From contig JACAFS010000014.1 of assembly GCA_013378385.1 (NCBI GenBank), positions 1 to 20,809 on the forward strand: a stretch of DNA of 20,809 bases. The letters run 5' to 3'. Positions within the stretch are counted from its first letter, which is position 1. Each line of letters opens with the position of its first letter. Source of the stretch: Nitrososphaerota archaeon (GTDB lineage Archaea; Thermoproteota; Nitrososphaeria; Nitrososphaerales; UBA57). Shown here one piece after another: positions 1 to 8,103 of the stretch. The notes beneath the pieces are model-generated. The model did no database searches, was not told the origin of the DNA, and saw only the letters and a program-made list of their open reading frames with translations. Position numbers and translations under genes: made by a program.

Positions 1-513
1 AAAAAACAATTCATCCTCAAAATGTAAACGTTCTGGATCAAATCTTTTCTCTTTTACTAATTGACTTCTTACAAATCTTGGTATTCCTTCATTACTTTTT
101 TCCCAATAAAGACCTCTTAGTTGATGATAAGATCTTTTTAGATAATCTCCAGTTCCTGAAAATTTTTCTGGAATTCTGATTAAATCAAATCCTTCATTAC
201 ATTTCTTAACACAATCTGATAACAGTTCATCTGATTCTGGAATCTGATCTGAGTCCAATAAAAATATATAATCTCCATTTGAATTATCTAATGCTAAATT
301 TCTTTTTATTGAGATGTTGTTTCTTTCTGCTACAAGTATCTTACCAAACAATGGAATGTCTAAATCATTTATCCACTTTGACTTTTCATCACATACAATA
401 ATCCATTCAAATGGTTTAATCGTTTGTTCATTTAATTTATATCCAATCTCCTGAATCATTTTTCCGTATTGTTTTTGTTTTCCATGTATTGGTGTAATTA
501 CTGTTATCTTCAA
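1..513 (-). CDS. Family-2 glycosyltransferase (GT-A fold); C-terminal part lies beyond the window edge
   Basis: The minus-strand frame is open from 513 to position 1 (171 codons, no stop): LKITVITPIHG...EWIIVCDE...DYIFLLDSDQIPE... GT2 hallmarks are the N-terminal strand ITVITP, an acidic CDE and a DSD (DxD) motif. The only usable start is TTG at 513..511, which overlaps the gmhB stop (TTGA). This ORF is not in the supplied track because it has no stop in the window. Confidence 0.7.
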   Translation of the reverse strand, partial: MKITVITPIHGKQKQYGKMIQEIGYKLNEQTIKPFEWIIVCDEKSKWINDLDIPLFGKILVAERNNISIKRNLALDNSNGDYIFLLDSDQIPESDELLSDCVKKCNEGFDLIRIPEKFSGTGDYLKRSYHQLRGLYWEKSNEGIPRFVRSQLVKEKRFDPERLHFEDELFF

Positions 514-956
514 ATTTTGATTACCTTTTTTAAACCTGCATTAAGACCAGCTTTTGTATCTTTCTCACTGTCTCCAATAATTACGCTATTCTCCAAATCA
601 ATATTGTGTTCTTCAGCAGCTTTCAGTAATAATCCAGGTTCAGGTTTCCTACATTTGCATTTTTCTTCAGTTTTATGAGGACAAACATATACTCCTGATA
701 TCTCTATTCCTTGCCTCTTTAATGATTGAATTATGTGTTGATTAATTTCATTTACTTGTTCATGGCTGAGTATTCCTTTGTTTATTCCTGCTTGATTTGT
801 AACCATTATTACCAAATATCCCTCGTTTTGCAACATCAAGATTGCAGGAAAAATTGTTTCAATTAACTCAATTTGATTTATAGACGAGATGTATTCTCCA
901 TCTATTTGTTTAATTATTGTTCCATCTCTGTCAATAAATAAAGCTGGTGATTTCAT
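510..956 (-). CDS. gmhB: D-glycero-D-manno-heptose-1,7-bisphosphate phosphatase (HAD superfamily, HisB-N/GmhB type)
   Basis: 148 aa. It carries HAD motif I (FIDRDGTI), motif II (VTNQAG), the Zn-loop signature CPHxxxxxCxCRKPxPG and a late GDSxxD. By eye it aligns along its full length with E. coli GmhB. Its ATG overlaps the gmhA stop (ATGA). Confidence 0.8.
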   Translation of the reverse strand: MKSPALFIDRDGTIIKQIDGEYISSINQIELIETIFPAILMLQNEGYLVIMVTNQAGINKGILSHEQVNEINQHIIQSLKRQGIEISGVYVCPHKTEEKCKCRKPEPGLLLKAAEEHNIDLENSVIIGDSEKDTKAGLNAGLKKVIKI

Positions 957-1501
957 CCTCGTAATATTTCTGTTATATAATGTAATAAAACTGAGTGAAC
1001 ACCTTCAATCAGCAATATGTTATCTGAAGGAACTTTGATAACTAAATCTGATAATTCTTCCAATTTACCTGCATTACCCGTTAATCCAATTGTTTTTATT
1101 CCTCTTCTCTTAGATTCTTCTACCGCTTTTATTACATTTGTTGAATTACCACTACAACTTATAGCTATCAGAATATCGCCTTTCTCTACAAAGTTCTTCA
1201 ATTGTTCTGAAAATATATCATCATATGAGACATCATTTGACCATGCAGTCATCACCGCTGTATTATCTGATAAACATTGAGCTCTAAATCTCGGTTGACT
1301 GTTATTAATTGAAGTTTTTAGCAGGTCACAAACAAAATGTGAAGCTGTAGAAGAACTCCCACCATTTCCGATCACAAAAACATTATTCTTATTGTTTCTA
1401 ACTTCTTGTAAAAGATTAATCATTTCTGAAATCTTGTCGTTATTCTCTATAAGATCGTCTATTGCATTCTTTGACTCTTGTAAAAATTTCTCATTTTCCA
1501 T
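953..1501 (-). CDS. gmhA: Phosphoheptose (sedoheptulose-7-phosphate) isomerase, SIS domain
   Basis: 182 aa. Motifs GNGGSSSTASHF and ISCSGNSTNVIKAV...GIKTIGLTG match E. coli GmhA (GNGGSHCDAMHF, ISTSGNSANVIKAI) by eye. It overlaps hddA by 11 nt. Confidence 0.8.
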   Translation of the reverse strand: MENEKFLQESKNAIDDLIENNDKISEMINLLQEVRNNKNNVFVIGNGGSSSTASHFVCDLLKTSINNSQPRFRAQCLSDNTAVMTAWSNDVSYDDIFSEQLKNFVEKGDILIAISCSGNSTNVIKAVEESKRRGIKTIGLTGNAGKLEELSDLVIKVPSDNILLIEGVHSVLLHYITEILRG

Positions 1502-2489
1502 AATTTACAACCGCTCCTCTTACTGATACATCAAATAAAACTTTCTTGCATCCAACACCGTGTAGATTTTTTGTAATATTCTTATGATGAGACTTTTCTG
1601 CAATTACCAAAAAATGACCTCCTCCTCCTGCACCCGTAATCTTTGCTCCATACGCTCCTGAATCTATTGCAATGTCATGCACTTTGTCAATAAATCTGTT
1701 GGATACACCTTTTGTAAATTTCTTTTTCAATTCCCAAGCAATTTCTAATGTGTTTCCTACATCTTTAAAGTTTCCATAATCTAAATCTTTTTTCATATCT
1801 CTTGTTAATTTATTCATTGTCTTTAATACATCAATCATCTCACTTGAATTATTCTGAACTCTTTTTTCTTGCCTTCTTAATATTTTATCTGCATCCCTTG
1901 TAGTTCCTAAATAAAAAAGTAAACAATTTTCTGTTAAAGTATTTGATATTTTCTTTTTAAAGGGCGTTACAATTATTTTATTCTTTTTATATTCTATATA
2001 ATTAAATCCACCAAATGCTGCTGGCATGTGATCTTGTTTACCTATTGCTTTCTTGAATATGTCAGCTTCTAATTTATACGCTCTTTCTGAAAGTTCCAAA
2101 GGATCTATTTTTTTCTTGTTACTTACATGATGAAATACATTTACTAAATTTACTGCCAATGTTCCTGATGAACCTAACCCACTTCCCGGTTGAACATCGC
2201 TTTTTATTGTAATCTTTGATGGAATTCCTTTTTCAAGTATTGTATATAGAGGCATTGAATTATTTTTTACTTTTATTAATTCTTCTTTTGTGCCATTATA
2301 ATATTCGTTTACATCACTGGCATTTACTATAAATTTATTTTTTAATTTTCTTAATTTAATTTTTGAGTATCTTGTTATTGCAAAATTTATTACTGCTCCA
2401 TTATGTTGTTTATAGAATGACGGAAAATCAGTTCCGCCACCACATATGCTTATTCTATGGGGGGCAATAGCCGTTAATTTATTATACAT
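1491..2489 (-). CDS. hddA: GHMP-family sugar kinase, most likely D-glycero-D-manno-heptose-7-phosphate kinase
   Basis: 332 aa. It has N-terminal RISICGGGTDFPSFY, the GHMP phosphate loop PGSGLGSSG and C-terminal KITGAGGGGH. It is the first gene of the operon with gmhA and gmhB. A GGAG lies 8 nt upstream of the ATG. Confidence 0.65.
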   Translation of the reverse strand: MYNKLTAIAPHRISICGGGTDFPSFYKQHNGAVINFAITRYSKIKLRKLKNKFIVNASDVNEYYNGTKEELIKVKNNSMPLYTILEKGIPSKITIKSDVQPGSGLGSSGTLAVNLVNVFHHVSNKKKIDPLELSERAYKLEADIFKKAIGKQDHMPAAFGGFNYIEYKKNKIIVTPFKKKISNTLTENCLLFYLGTTRDADKILRRQEKRVQNNSSEMIDVLKTMNKLTRDMKKDLDYGNFKDVGNTLEIAWELKKKFTKGVSNRFIDKVHDIAIDSGAYGAKITGAGGGGHFLVIAEKSHHKNITKNLHGVGCKKVLFDVSVRGAVVNYGK

Positions 2490-2547
2490 TTATTTTACTC
2501 CTTTTACTTTTGTTATCTTTCGTCTTTGTAAAAGTCTTTTGTATAGG

Positions 2548-2557
2548 CTTTTATAGA
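2548..2557 (+). promoter_or_regulatory. TATA-like box (CTTTTATAGA) about 28 nt upstream of the GTG start at 2581, suggesting a leaderless or near-leaderless transcript
   Basis: It is the only strong TATA-like element in the 91-nt divergent spacer 2490..2580. The distance to 2581 matches the archaeal TATA-to-TSS spacing. The quasi-palindromic core could also serve hddA on the other strand, giving a leader of about 37 nt with GGAG. Confidence 0.35.
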
Positions 2558-2580
2558 AACTTTTTTCATATACAATAGAC

Positions 2581-3663
2581 GTGGATATCCAAATATTTGA
2601 ATACCTTAATAATCAGCTAAAAGACGAACGTAAATTATTTTTATTAATTTTTGGTTTTAACTTACTTTTCTTCATATCTGGGTTAGCTTTAGGTTATGAC
2701 GTACATCATTTTGCAGATAAAGCAGATACTGATGGAACCTCTTATTATAATATTGCACTTGATCCTTTTTCATCATCTCCAGAAGAAAGTGGTTTTCGTC
2801 ATGCTACATTTCTCTACCCTCTAATTACATATCTTATTGCACAGGGAAATCCATTTGCTACTGCTTTGACTATGGAGATGATTAATATCACTGCATTCTC
2901 TTTTAGCGTTGTCATGTTCTCTAGAGTTGTTTCTTTAGATAATGCTCGTTCTTCAGTATTGTTCTATGCATTTAATCCAATTCTTCTTATCTCCACTCAT
3001 GGCGGAATGAACGAACCTTTGTTTTTTACATTTATGTTCGGCGCATTGTATTATTTTCGAACTGATAACTTCAAAATGTCTGCAATATTTTTAGCGTTTG
3101 CTTCGTTAGCACGTCCAGATTTTGTTATTTTCTCGTTTCCTTTCTTTTTACTCGCAAAAGATCGAAAGTTTCTTCCATATTTCTTAATTCCACTTATTAC
3201 TATCTCTTTACATGGTGTACATCTTATCTATCGATTTGGTCTGGACCATTTCTTAAGATTTACATCAGGAGTCGATTCAGGTTTTCCACATAGTATGATT
3301 GGAATTCCTTTCCAAACATTCTTTCAAAATCGTTTCTTCGGAGGAGTTAACACTCCTGCGATTACAGGTCTAAATTATTACATCAATGAGTTCCTAACTT
3401 GGTCAATTTTCTTTGCCTTAATTCTATCTATTTATTTTATCTATAAGAAAAAACACATTGATTATTTTAGTTTGTCATTAATTGTGTTCGGATCTGTTTT
3501 ACAACCAGCATATTCATTCTTTTCTGGATTTTTCCGTTTTGCATCAATGGTTCCTTATCTGTATAAAATTCCTGGATTAACTCTAAACAACAAAATGCTT
3601 TCTTTATTTGGATTCCTATATCTTATCTTTGGCATTTCTCTTTTATTCGCTTGGTTCTTTTAG
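2581..3663 (+). CDS. Polytopic integral membrane protein; candidate GT-C-type glycosyltransferase or Wzy/EpsG-like polymerase
   Basis: 360 aa with about 9-10 hydrophobic segments rich in Phe, Leu and Ile. An acidic loop follows directly after TM1 (DVHHFADKADTDGTSYYNIALDPF), as in the first extracytoplasmic loop of GT-C enzymes. The first internal Met lies well past TM1, so a GTG start is required. The gene is co-oriented with the surface-protein gene and sits directly upstream of it. Confidence 0.4.
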   Translation: MDIQIFEYLNNQLKDERKLFLLIFGFNLLFFISGLALGYDVHHFADKADTDGTSYYNIALDPFSSSPEESGFRHATFLYPLITYLIAQGNPFATALTMEMINITAFSFSVVMFSRVVSLDNARSSVLFYAFNPILLISTHGGMNEPLFFTFMFGALYYFRTDNFKMSAIFLAFASLARPDFVIFSFPFFLLAKDRKFLPYFLIPLITISLHGVHLIYRFGLDHFLRFTSGVDSGFPHSMIGIPFQTFFQNRFFGGVNTPAITGLNYYINEFLTWSIFFALILSIYFIYKKKHIDYFSLSLIVFGSVLQPAYSFFSGFFRFASMVPYLYKIPGLTLNNKMLSLFGFLYLIFGISLLFAWFF

Positions 3664-3807
3664 ATTTCATCATTACTTTACCGGATACAGCTCTAATAAT
3701 ATTGTCCATAATGTTTTTCTGCTATTTTTGTCAAATGACTTTATAATTGACCGTTAACCTGAATTTCTCTTCATTTTCCGCCGCAATAGACAATTTATCC
3801 ATAATCC

Positions 3808-3820
3808 TTATATATTAAAA
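3808..3820 (+). promoter_or_regulatory. Candidate TATA box (TTATATATTAAAA) for the S-layer gene; AAGGAG lies at 3837..3842, 9 nt before the ATG
   Basis: This is the strongest TATA-like element in the 188-nt upstream spacer. It predicts a TSS near 3838-3842 and a very short leader. A second candidate (CTTTATAATT, 3739..3748) would give a leader of about 80 nt that contains the Shine-Dalgarno-like AAGGAG. I cannot choose between them from sequence. Confidence 0.35.
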
Positions 3821-3851
3821 CTAGGAAAAACCGTTTAAGGAGTATAATAGT

Positions 3852-3980
3852 ATGAACTATAGTCTAAACACAAATTGGCTATTCTCGAAGCAATTCAAGG
3901 CTGCAACTGCAACCTTGTTATTAGCTGCTAGTATGCTTGTCATTATGGGCTTACCAATAGCTCCAAATGTACAGGCCGCT
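3852..3980 (+). other. Predicted Sec signal peptide of the S-layer protein (residues 1-43)
   Basis: MNYSLNTNWLFSKQFK (n-region, 2 Lys), AATATLLLAASMLVIMGLPIA (h-region), PNVQA|AN (small residues at -1 and -3). Confidence 0.6.
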
Positions 3981-6900
3981 AACACTGGAACTCTCACACT
4001 ATCATCTTCGCAAATCTTTGGAAATCAATCAGTCTCCATGACTATCTCTGATTCAGATATCGGAGTTCAGGAAATGAAGGCTACATACAATCCAAGTGTT
4101 GTCCTACAATGGACAAACACTTCAGGTACATACAGCATCAACGTTACACAGAACACCGGAGGAACATGGGTTGCATATGCAACTGATGCACTTTGGGTAA
4201 GCTATTCATCATCATGTCTAGCTCTTAACGTTACTGCAAGTGATAAGTCGCACAATGCGTCTCACACAGTCTACCATGCAGGACACGCACCAGCTGGCCA
4301 AGGTTCTAACGGACTTGCAACCGGTTCATGTGCAACTGCATACATTAACACTGGACACTTATCAAACGGCGTACCATCAACACGTACTTACACAAACCAT
4401 ACATATCGCGGTGGATCACAATCGAAGTTATCAACAACACACAGTATAGCTTCATCACCAATGATACATGGTATGAATATGACCCGTGGTCACACAATGA
4501 CAATCACGTACAAAGATGCATCTGATTCAACAGGCGCAGCGAAAGATGTTTCACAGACATTAAAGTACCAGGAGACAAAAGCCACAGTTTATAATACGGA
4601 GTCAAAACAGACTACCGTAACCCCAGGAGCTACCCTTAGGTTGTTCCTAAACCATAACGATCTTAATCAAGATCCAACAGAAACTGAAAGTTTCTTAGTT
4701 ACAAACAATACAAATGGATTTAAAGCAACAGTAGTCACTTCATCGAACACTACATTACAGAACCTCGTTAACAAAACAATGAGCTATTATGGCTCAGGTA
4801 ACCGTTTAACAGGTGGAACTGGAACTGCAGAATTTAGATTGAACTTTACAGAAACCGGTCCTAACACTGGTATCTTCAAATGTTCAAACACTGTAACTAC
4901 ATCGCCATGTCTTGAGATGGAAAGATTCTATTTCAACAACACCGGTACAGGTGACACTAACGTGAACACAAACAAGTCACACGCTGGTCATCCACAAGGT
5001 GCATGGGACTCACGTCCAATATGGAACTTTACATCAGACAACACTGGTACTTCCGGATGGAAGAACGGTGACACATTCAAGATAGCTTTCACACCAATTC
5101 AGGATATCCGATATGGTTACAATTCAACTACATGTAAAGCAGACAGTGGAGTTAGAGCTTCATGTTACAATTCAACATCTGTAACATTTACTATAACAGA
5201 AACCGCTGGAACAATGACAACGTCATCTAGTTCTCTGACAAGTGCAACTGATGTAACAGTAACAATTACTGATGCAGATATGAACCACGATCCAGAGAAA
5301 GTTGATACATTAACTAGAGTGTATGCTGAAATTAACAACAGTAGTCCGGTAACAGTAACGGCTAAAGAAAACGCTGTGAACAGCAGTGTCTTCACCTTTA
5401 CAATTCGATCTACTATTGGTGCGTATACATCTGGTTGTAGCTTTAGTGCAGCAGCTGCGCGATTAACTTGTACTCAATCCCCACAAGACGCAAAGGGTAA
5501 TGAGTTCGACGTCAAATATGACGACGGATATGCAAGTTCAATAGCAACAGCAACTGTAACAATGACTACATCTTTGGCAACTATCAGTACTGATAAGGAC
5601 AGTTATGATGAAACTGCATCAGCAATTTCATTCGTATACACTGATGCAGACGCTAACGATGGAGCAACTAAAGAACAAGTATTGTTCAATTCTACACGAC
5701 AGAAACACTACTCATCTAGAGAAGGTACGACAGCCGGTGATAAGACCTGTTCAGGTATATTCGTTGGAAGTACATGTAATGCAAAGAGGTTAGCTAACTT
5801 CACAATTACATCTATCAACGGAACGAACGGTTACACCGATATACGTAACTACTCTGCATTAGTACTAGAATCCACAACAACTTCGGGTTCATGGACTTTG
5901 TCGGTTACACTCGCTACATTGCGAACTGGAACTGATGGTGGTAGAGGAAAATCTGGTAGTACGCTTGGACTTGCAGCAGGAGATAAATTAGTCTTCTCAG
6001 TAAGAGACCACTTTGACTCAGCAACTGTCAATAAAACAGTAACAATTGGCGGAACAGTAGGATCATTATCATTTGATCGTACAGACTTCCCAATTACTGT
6101 CGGTGGCCATGCAACATCACCAGTTTCCCGAAATATGTCACGTGTAAATTCCACAGTTACATTAACAGACGTTGATAAGAACACCAACGCCAATGCAAGA
6201 GACAACGCAACATTACGTATGCTTGTCAAGAATGCAACAGGCGGAGTTGTTGGAACCACATCTGGAGGTAATAACATTCTAGCAGGAATGGGTGCTATGG
6301 GACATCTCTCATGGTATAATGTTACCGCTCTAGAAACAGGAGTCAACACAGGTATCTTCGAACTCAAGTTTGGAATTAACTGGGGTGCATCCAATACGGA
6401 CTTCCCAACAGTATTGAATTACTCATCACCAACACAAGAATATCATACCCTTGATCGTATGCAAGATATGGTCGGAGGACAGGTATGCTTCGAATGGGCT
6501 GATGGCGCTTCAAGTACTAATATAACAGTAGCAAATAGTGCACCAGGTACTATCACTGGCAACAGTGCAGTAAAAGGTGTAGCAAAATGTCTTGACATCA
6601 AGGCACACGATGCAACTATTACATCTACACTTAGTACAGGTAAGCTAGGCGATTCATTCACTGTAACAGCAACTGAAGCTGACTTTAACAGAGATACTGG
6701 AGTGAAAGATACACTCTACATGCTGATGATCGGTACTGCAAAGCAAGCCGCACCAGCAGAAACAGACACTGCAAAGTACAACTCTACAATTGCTCTTACA
6801 GAAACTGGAGTCAATACGGGTGAATTCACAAAGACTATCACATTAGAACCTGGTAAATCACCATTTGGTACAACCTTAACGGCTAACCAACACATCAGAC

Positions 6901-8051
6901 TACGTATAAGAGACAATGCAACATCCAACAGCTTCTATTCAGGAGCAGGATTAGCACGATCCTCTTCAACAGCAGCTCTAACTATCCAAAGTACAACAGC
7001 TACAATGGAGATTAGTCCTACTACAGAAGTCGGTCCTGATGGTAAGATCTATGTGAAACTCGTTGATCCTGACTTAATGACAACTGCAGCCAGCAGTGTA
7101 CAACTAACACAGGTTACATCCAACGGTACAGGCGATATTGAAAAACCATACGCCTCCAATGGAACAACCTCTACAGGTACATACTGGTTCGGTATCACAA
7201 TGGCCAGATCAACCGGAACACCAACTGACGAAGATGGAACACTTCATGTCAACGCATCTGACGTAATATACTTCTATTATTCAGATACAGCTGATGTAAG
7301 TGGAACCTTACAAGTCGTTAAAGCATCCTTGACTGTTAAGACAGAATCTGGTGCAATAACAACTGACAAGGCAAACTATCTAGTAGGTGACTTCGCAGAA
7401 ATCACTGTCGTAGATCTTGATGCAAATACTAATCCAGATACCAAACAATCAATTACCGTAAAGGTAGTTACAGATAGTTGGGAAATTGGAACCAGTATAA
7501 CACTACAAGAAACTGCAGCAGACTCTAACACCTTTACAGGTAAGATTGAATTCATTGCTACAACAAAGGGTGTACCTTCAAGTTCACAGGTATCCGCAAC
7601 TGTTGGTGACGTAGTCACCATCAAGTACACAGATACTTTATGTGATGACAACGCGAAGTGTACAATCGAATTAGCAACGAAGATCGGTCAAGCACTGTCA
7701 AAGACTGAACAAGTTCCAGCAGGAACCCCTGAGATCGTCGATACAGCAGGTAATGCATTCGCATCTCCAAGCGTTGGAGATATCGTAATCGTACAGGCTA
7801 GTGTCACAAACGATGATGACGTAGCACACACAGTAACCTTCTTGGTACAAATCAAGAATGCTGGTGGTGAAGTTATCAACCTCGGTTGGGTAAGAGATAT
7901 CGAACTGGCAACAGACGAATCTCAGACACCAGGACTATCCTGGCTACCTGATTCTGCAGGAACATACACAGCAGAAGTCTACGTATGGACAAGCATAAGT
8001 GAAGCAGAAGCTCTCTCACCAGTGAAGAGCGTAACCTTCACAATCGCATAG
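3852..8051 (+). CDS. Large secreted surface (S-layer) glycoprotein made of repeated Ig-like/beta-sandwich modules; no membrane anchor
   Basis: 1399 aa. It has a Sec-type signal (K-containing n-region, hydrophobic AATATLLLAASMLVIMGLPIA, VQA/AN cleavage-like site). It is very rich in Thr, Ser, Asn, Gly and Ala and is acidic. I counted about 36 N-X-S/T sequons by eye. About eight modules each carry a DxDxN(x)D-type motif followed by an ETGxNTGxF-type motif. Fourteen Cys fall into seven short-range pairs. The C-terminus (…VKSVTFTIA) has no hydrophobic segment. The long antisense ORFs inside it reflect codon bias. Confidence 0.7.
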   Translation: MNYSLNTNWLFSKQFKAATATLLLAASMLVIMGLPIAPNVQAANTGTLTLSSSQIFGNQSVSMTISDSDIGVQEMKATYNPSVVLQWTNTSGTYSINVTQNTGGTWVAYATDALWVSYSSSCLALNVTASDKSHNASHTVYHAGHAPAGQGSNGLATGSCATAYINTGHLSNGVPSTRTYTNHTYRGGSQSKLSTTHSIASSPMIHGMNMTRGHTMTITYKDASDSTGAAKDVSQTLKYQETKATVYNTESKQTTVTPGATLRLFLNHNDLNQDPTETESFLVTNNTNGFKATVVTSSNTTLQNLVNKTMSYYGSGNRLTGGTGTAEFRLNFTETGPNTGIFKCSNTVTTSPCLEMERFYFNNTGTGDTNVNTNKSHAGHPQGAWDSRPIWNFTSDNTGTSGWKNGDTFKIAFTPIQDIRYGYNSTTCKADSGVRASCYNSTSVTFTITETAGTMTTSSSSLTSATDVTVTITDADMNHDPEKVDTLTRVYAEINNSSPVTVTAKENAVNSSVFTFTIRSTIGAYTSGCSFSAAAARLTCTQSPQDAKGNEFDVKYDDGYASSIATATVTMTTSLATISTDKDSYDETASAISFVYTDADANDGATKEQVLFNSTRQKHYSSREGTTAGDKTCSGIFVGSTCNAKRLANFTITSINGTNGYTDIRNYSALVLESTTTSGSWTLSVTLATLRTGTDGGRGKSGSTLGLAAGDKLVFSVRDHFDSATVNKTVTIGGTVGSLSFDRTDFPITVGGHATSPVSRNMSRVNSTVTLTDVDKNTNANARDNATLRMLVKNATGGVVGTTSGGNNILAGMGAMGHLSWYNVTALETGVNTGIFELKFGINWGASNTDFPTVLNYSSPTQEYHTLDRMQDMVGGQVCFEWADGASSTNITVANSAPGTITGNSAVKGVAKCLDIKAHDATITSTLSTGKLGDSFTVTATEADFNRDTGVKDTLYMLMIGTAKQAAPAETDTAKYNSTIALTETGVNTGEFTKTITLEPGKSPFGTTLTANQHIRLRIRDNATSNSFYSGAGLARSSSTAALTIQSTTATMEISPTTEVGPDGKIYVKLVDPDLMTTAASSVQLTQVTSNGTGDIEKPYASNGTTSTGTYWFGITMARSTGTPTDEDGTLHVNASDVIYFYYSDTADVSGTLQVVKASLTVKTESGAITTDKANYLVGDFAEITVVDLDANTNPDTKQSITVKVVTDSWEIGTSITLQETAADSNTFTGKIEFIATTKGVPSSSQVSATVGDVVTIKYTDTLCDDNAKCTIELATKIGQALSKTEQVPAGTPEIVDTAGNAFASPSVGDIVIVQASVTNDDDVAHTVTFLVQIKNAGGEVINLGWVRDIELATDESQTPGLSWLPDSAGTYTAEVYVWTSISEAEALSPVKSVTFTIA
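4047..7540 (+). repeat. Protein-level tandem domain repeats (about 8) inside the S-layer gene; divergent at DNA level
   Basis: Acidic motifs by residue: SDSDIG (66), NHNDLNQDP (267), DADMNHDP (474, nt 5271), DADANDG (598), DVDKNTNANARDN (773), ADFNRDTG (943), DPDL (1072), DLDANTNPD (1188, nt 7413). Each is followed 30-70 residues later by a motif of the ETGPNTGIF type (nt 4851), then ENAVNSSVF, ESTTTSGSW, ETGVNTGIF (nt 6333), ETGVNTGEF (nt 6801), SNGTTSTGTYW and ETAADSNTF (nt 7509). Confidence 0.55.
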
Positions 8052-8103
8052 GAGAGGACAACATAAGTTGACCTCCCCCCTCTTATTTTTCCAGTCTGGA
8101 AAA

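Noticed and set aside
3705-3805. The 8-mer TCCATAAT occurs twice (3705..3712 and 3798..3805) upstream of the S-layer gene and could be a regulator binding site.
   Set aside because: Two copies of an A/T-rich 8-mer in about 190 nt of about 30% GC DNA are not clearly beyond chance. There is no dyad symmetry or fixed relation to the TATA box that I can establish without comparative data.
5849-6394. A long antisense ORF (181 aa) and several others (5165..5395, 6443..6661, 6716..6928, 7376..7651, 7688..7879, 8466..8711, 9006..9200) lie inside the surface-protein genes.
   Set aside because: They sit opposite strongly supported coding frames. Their translations are low-complexity (Val/Thr/Ser/Pro-rich mirror images of the sense codons) and have no recognisable motifs. 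They are explained by the codon bias of the sense genes, which depletes stop codons on the antisense strand.
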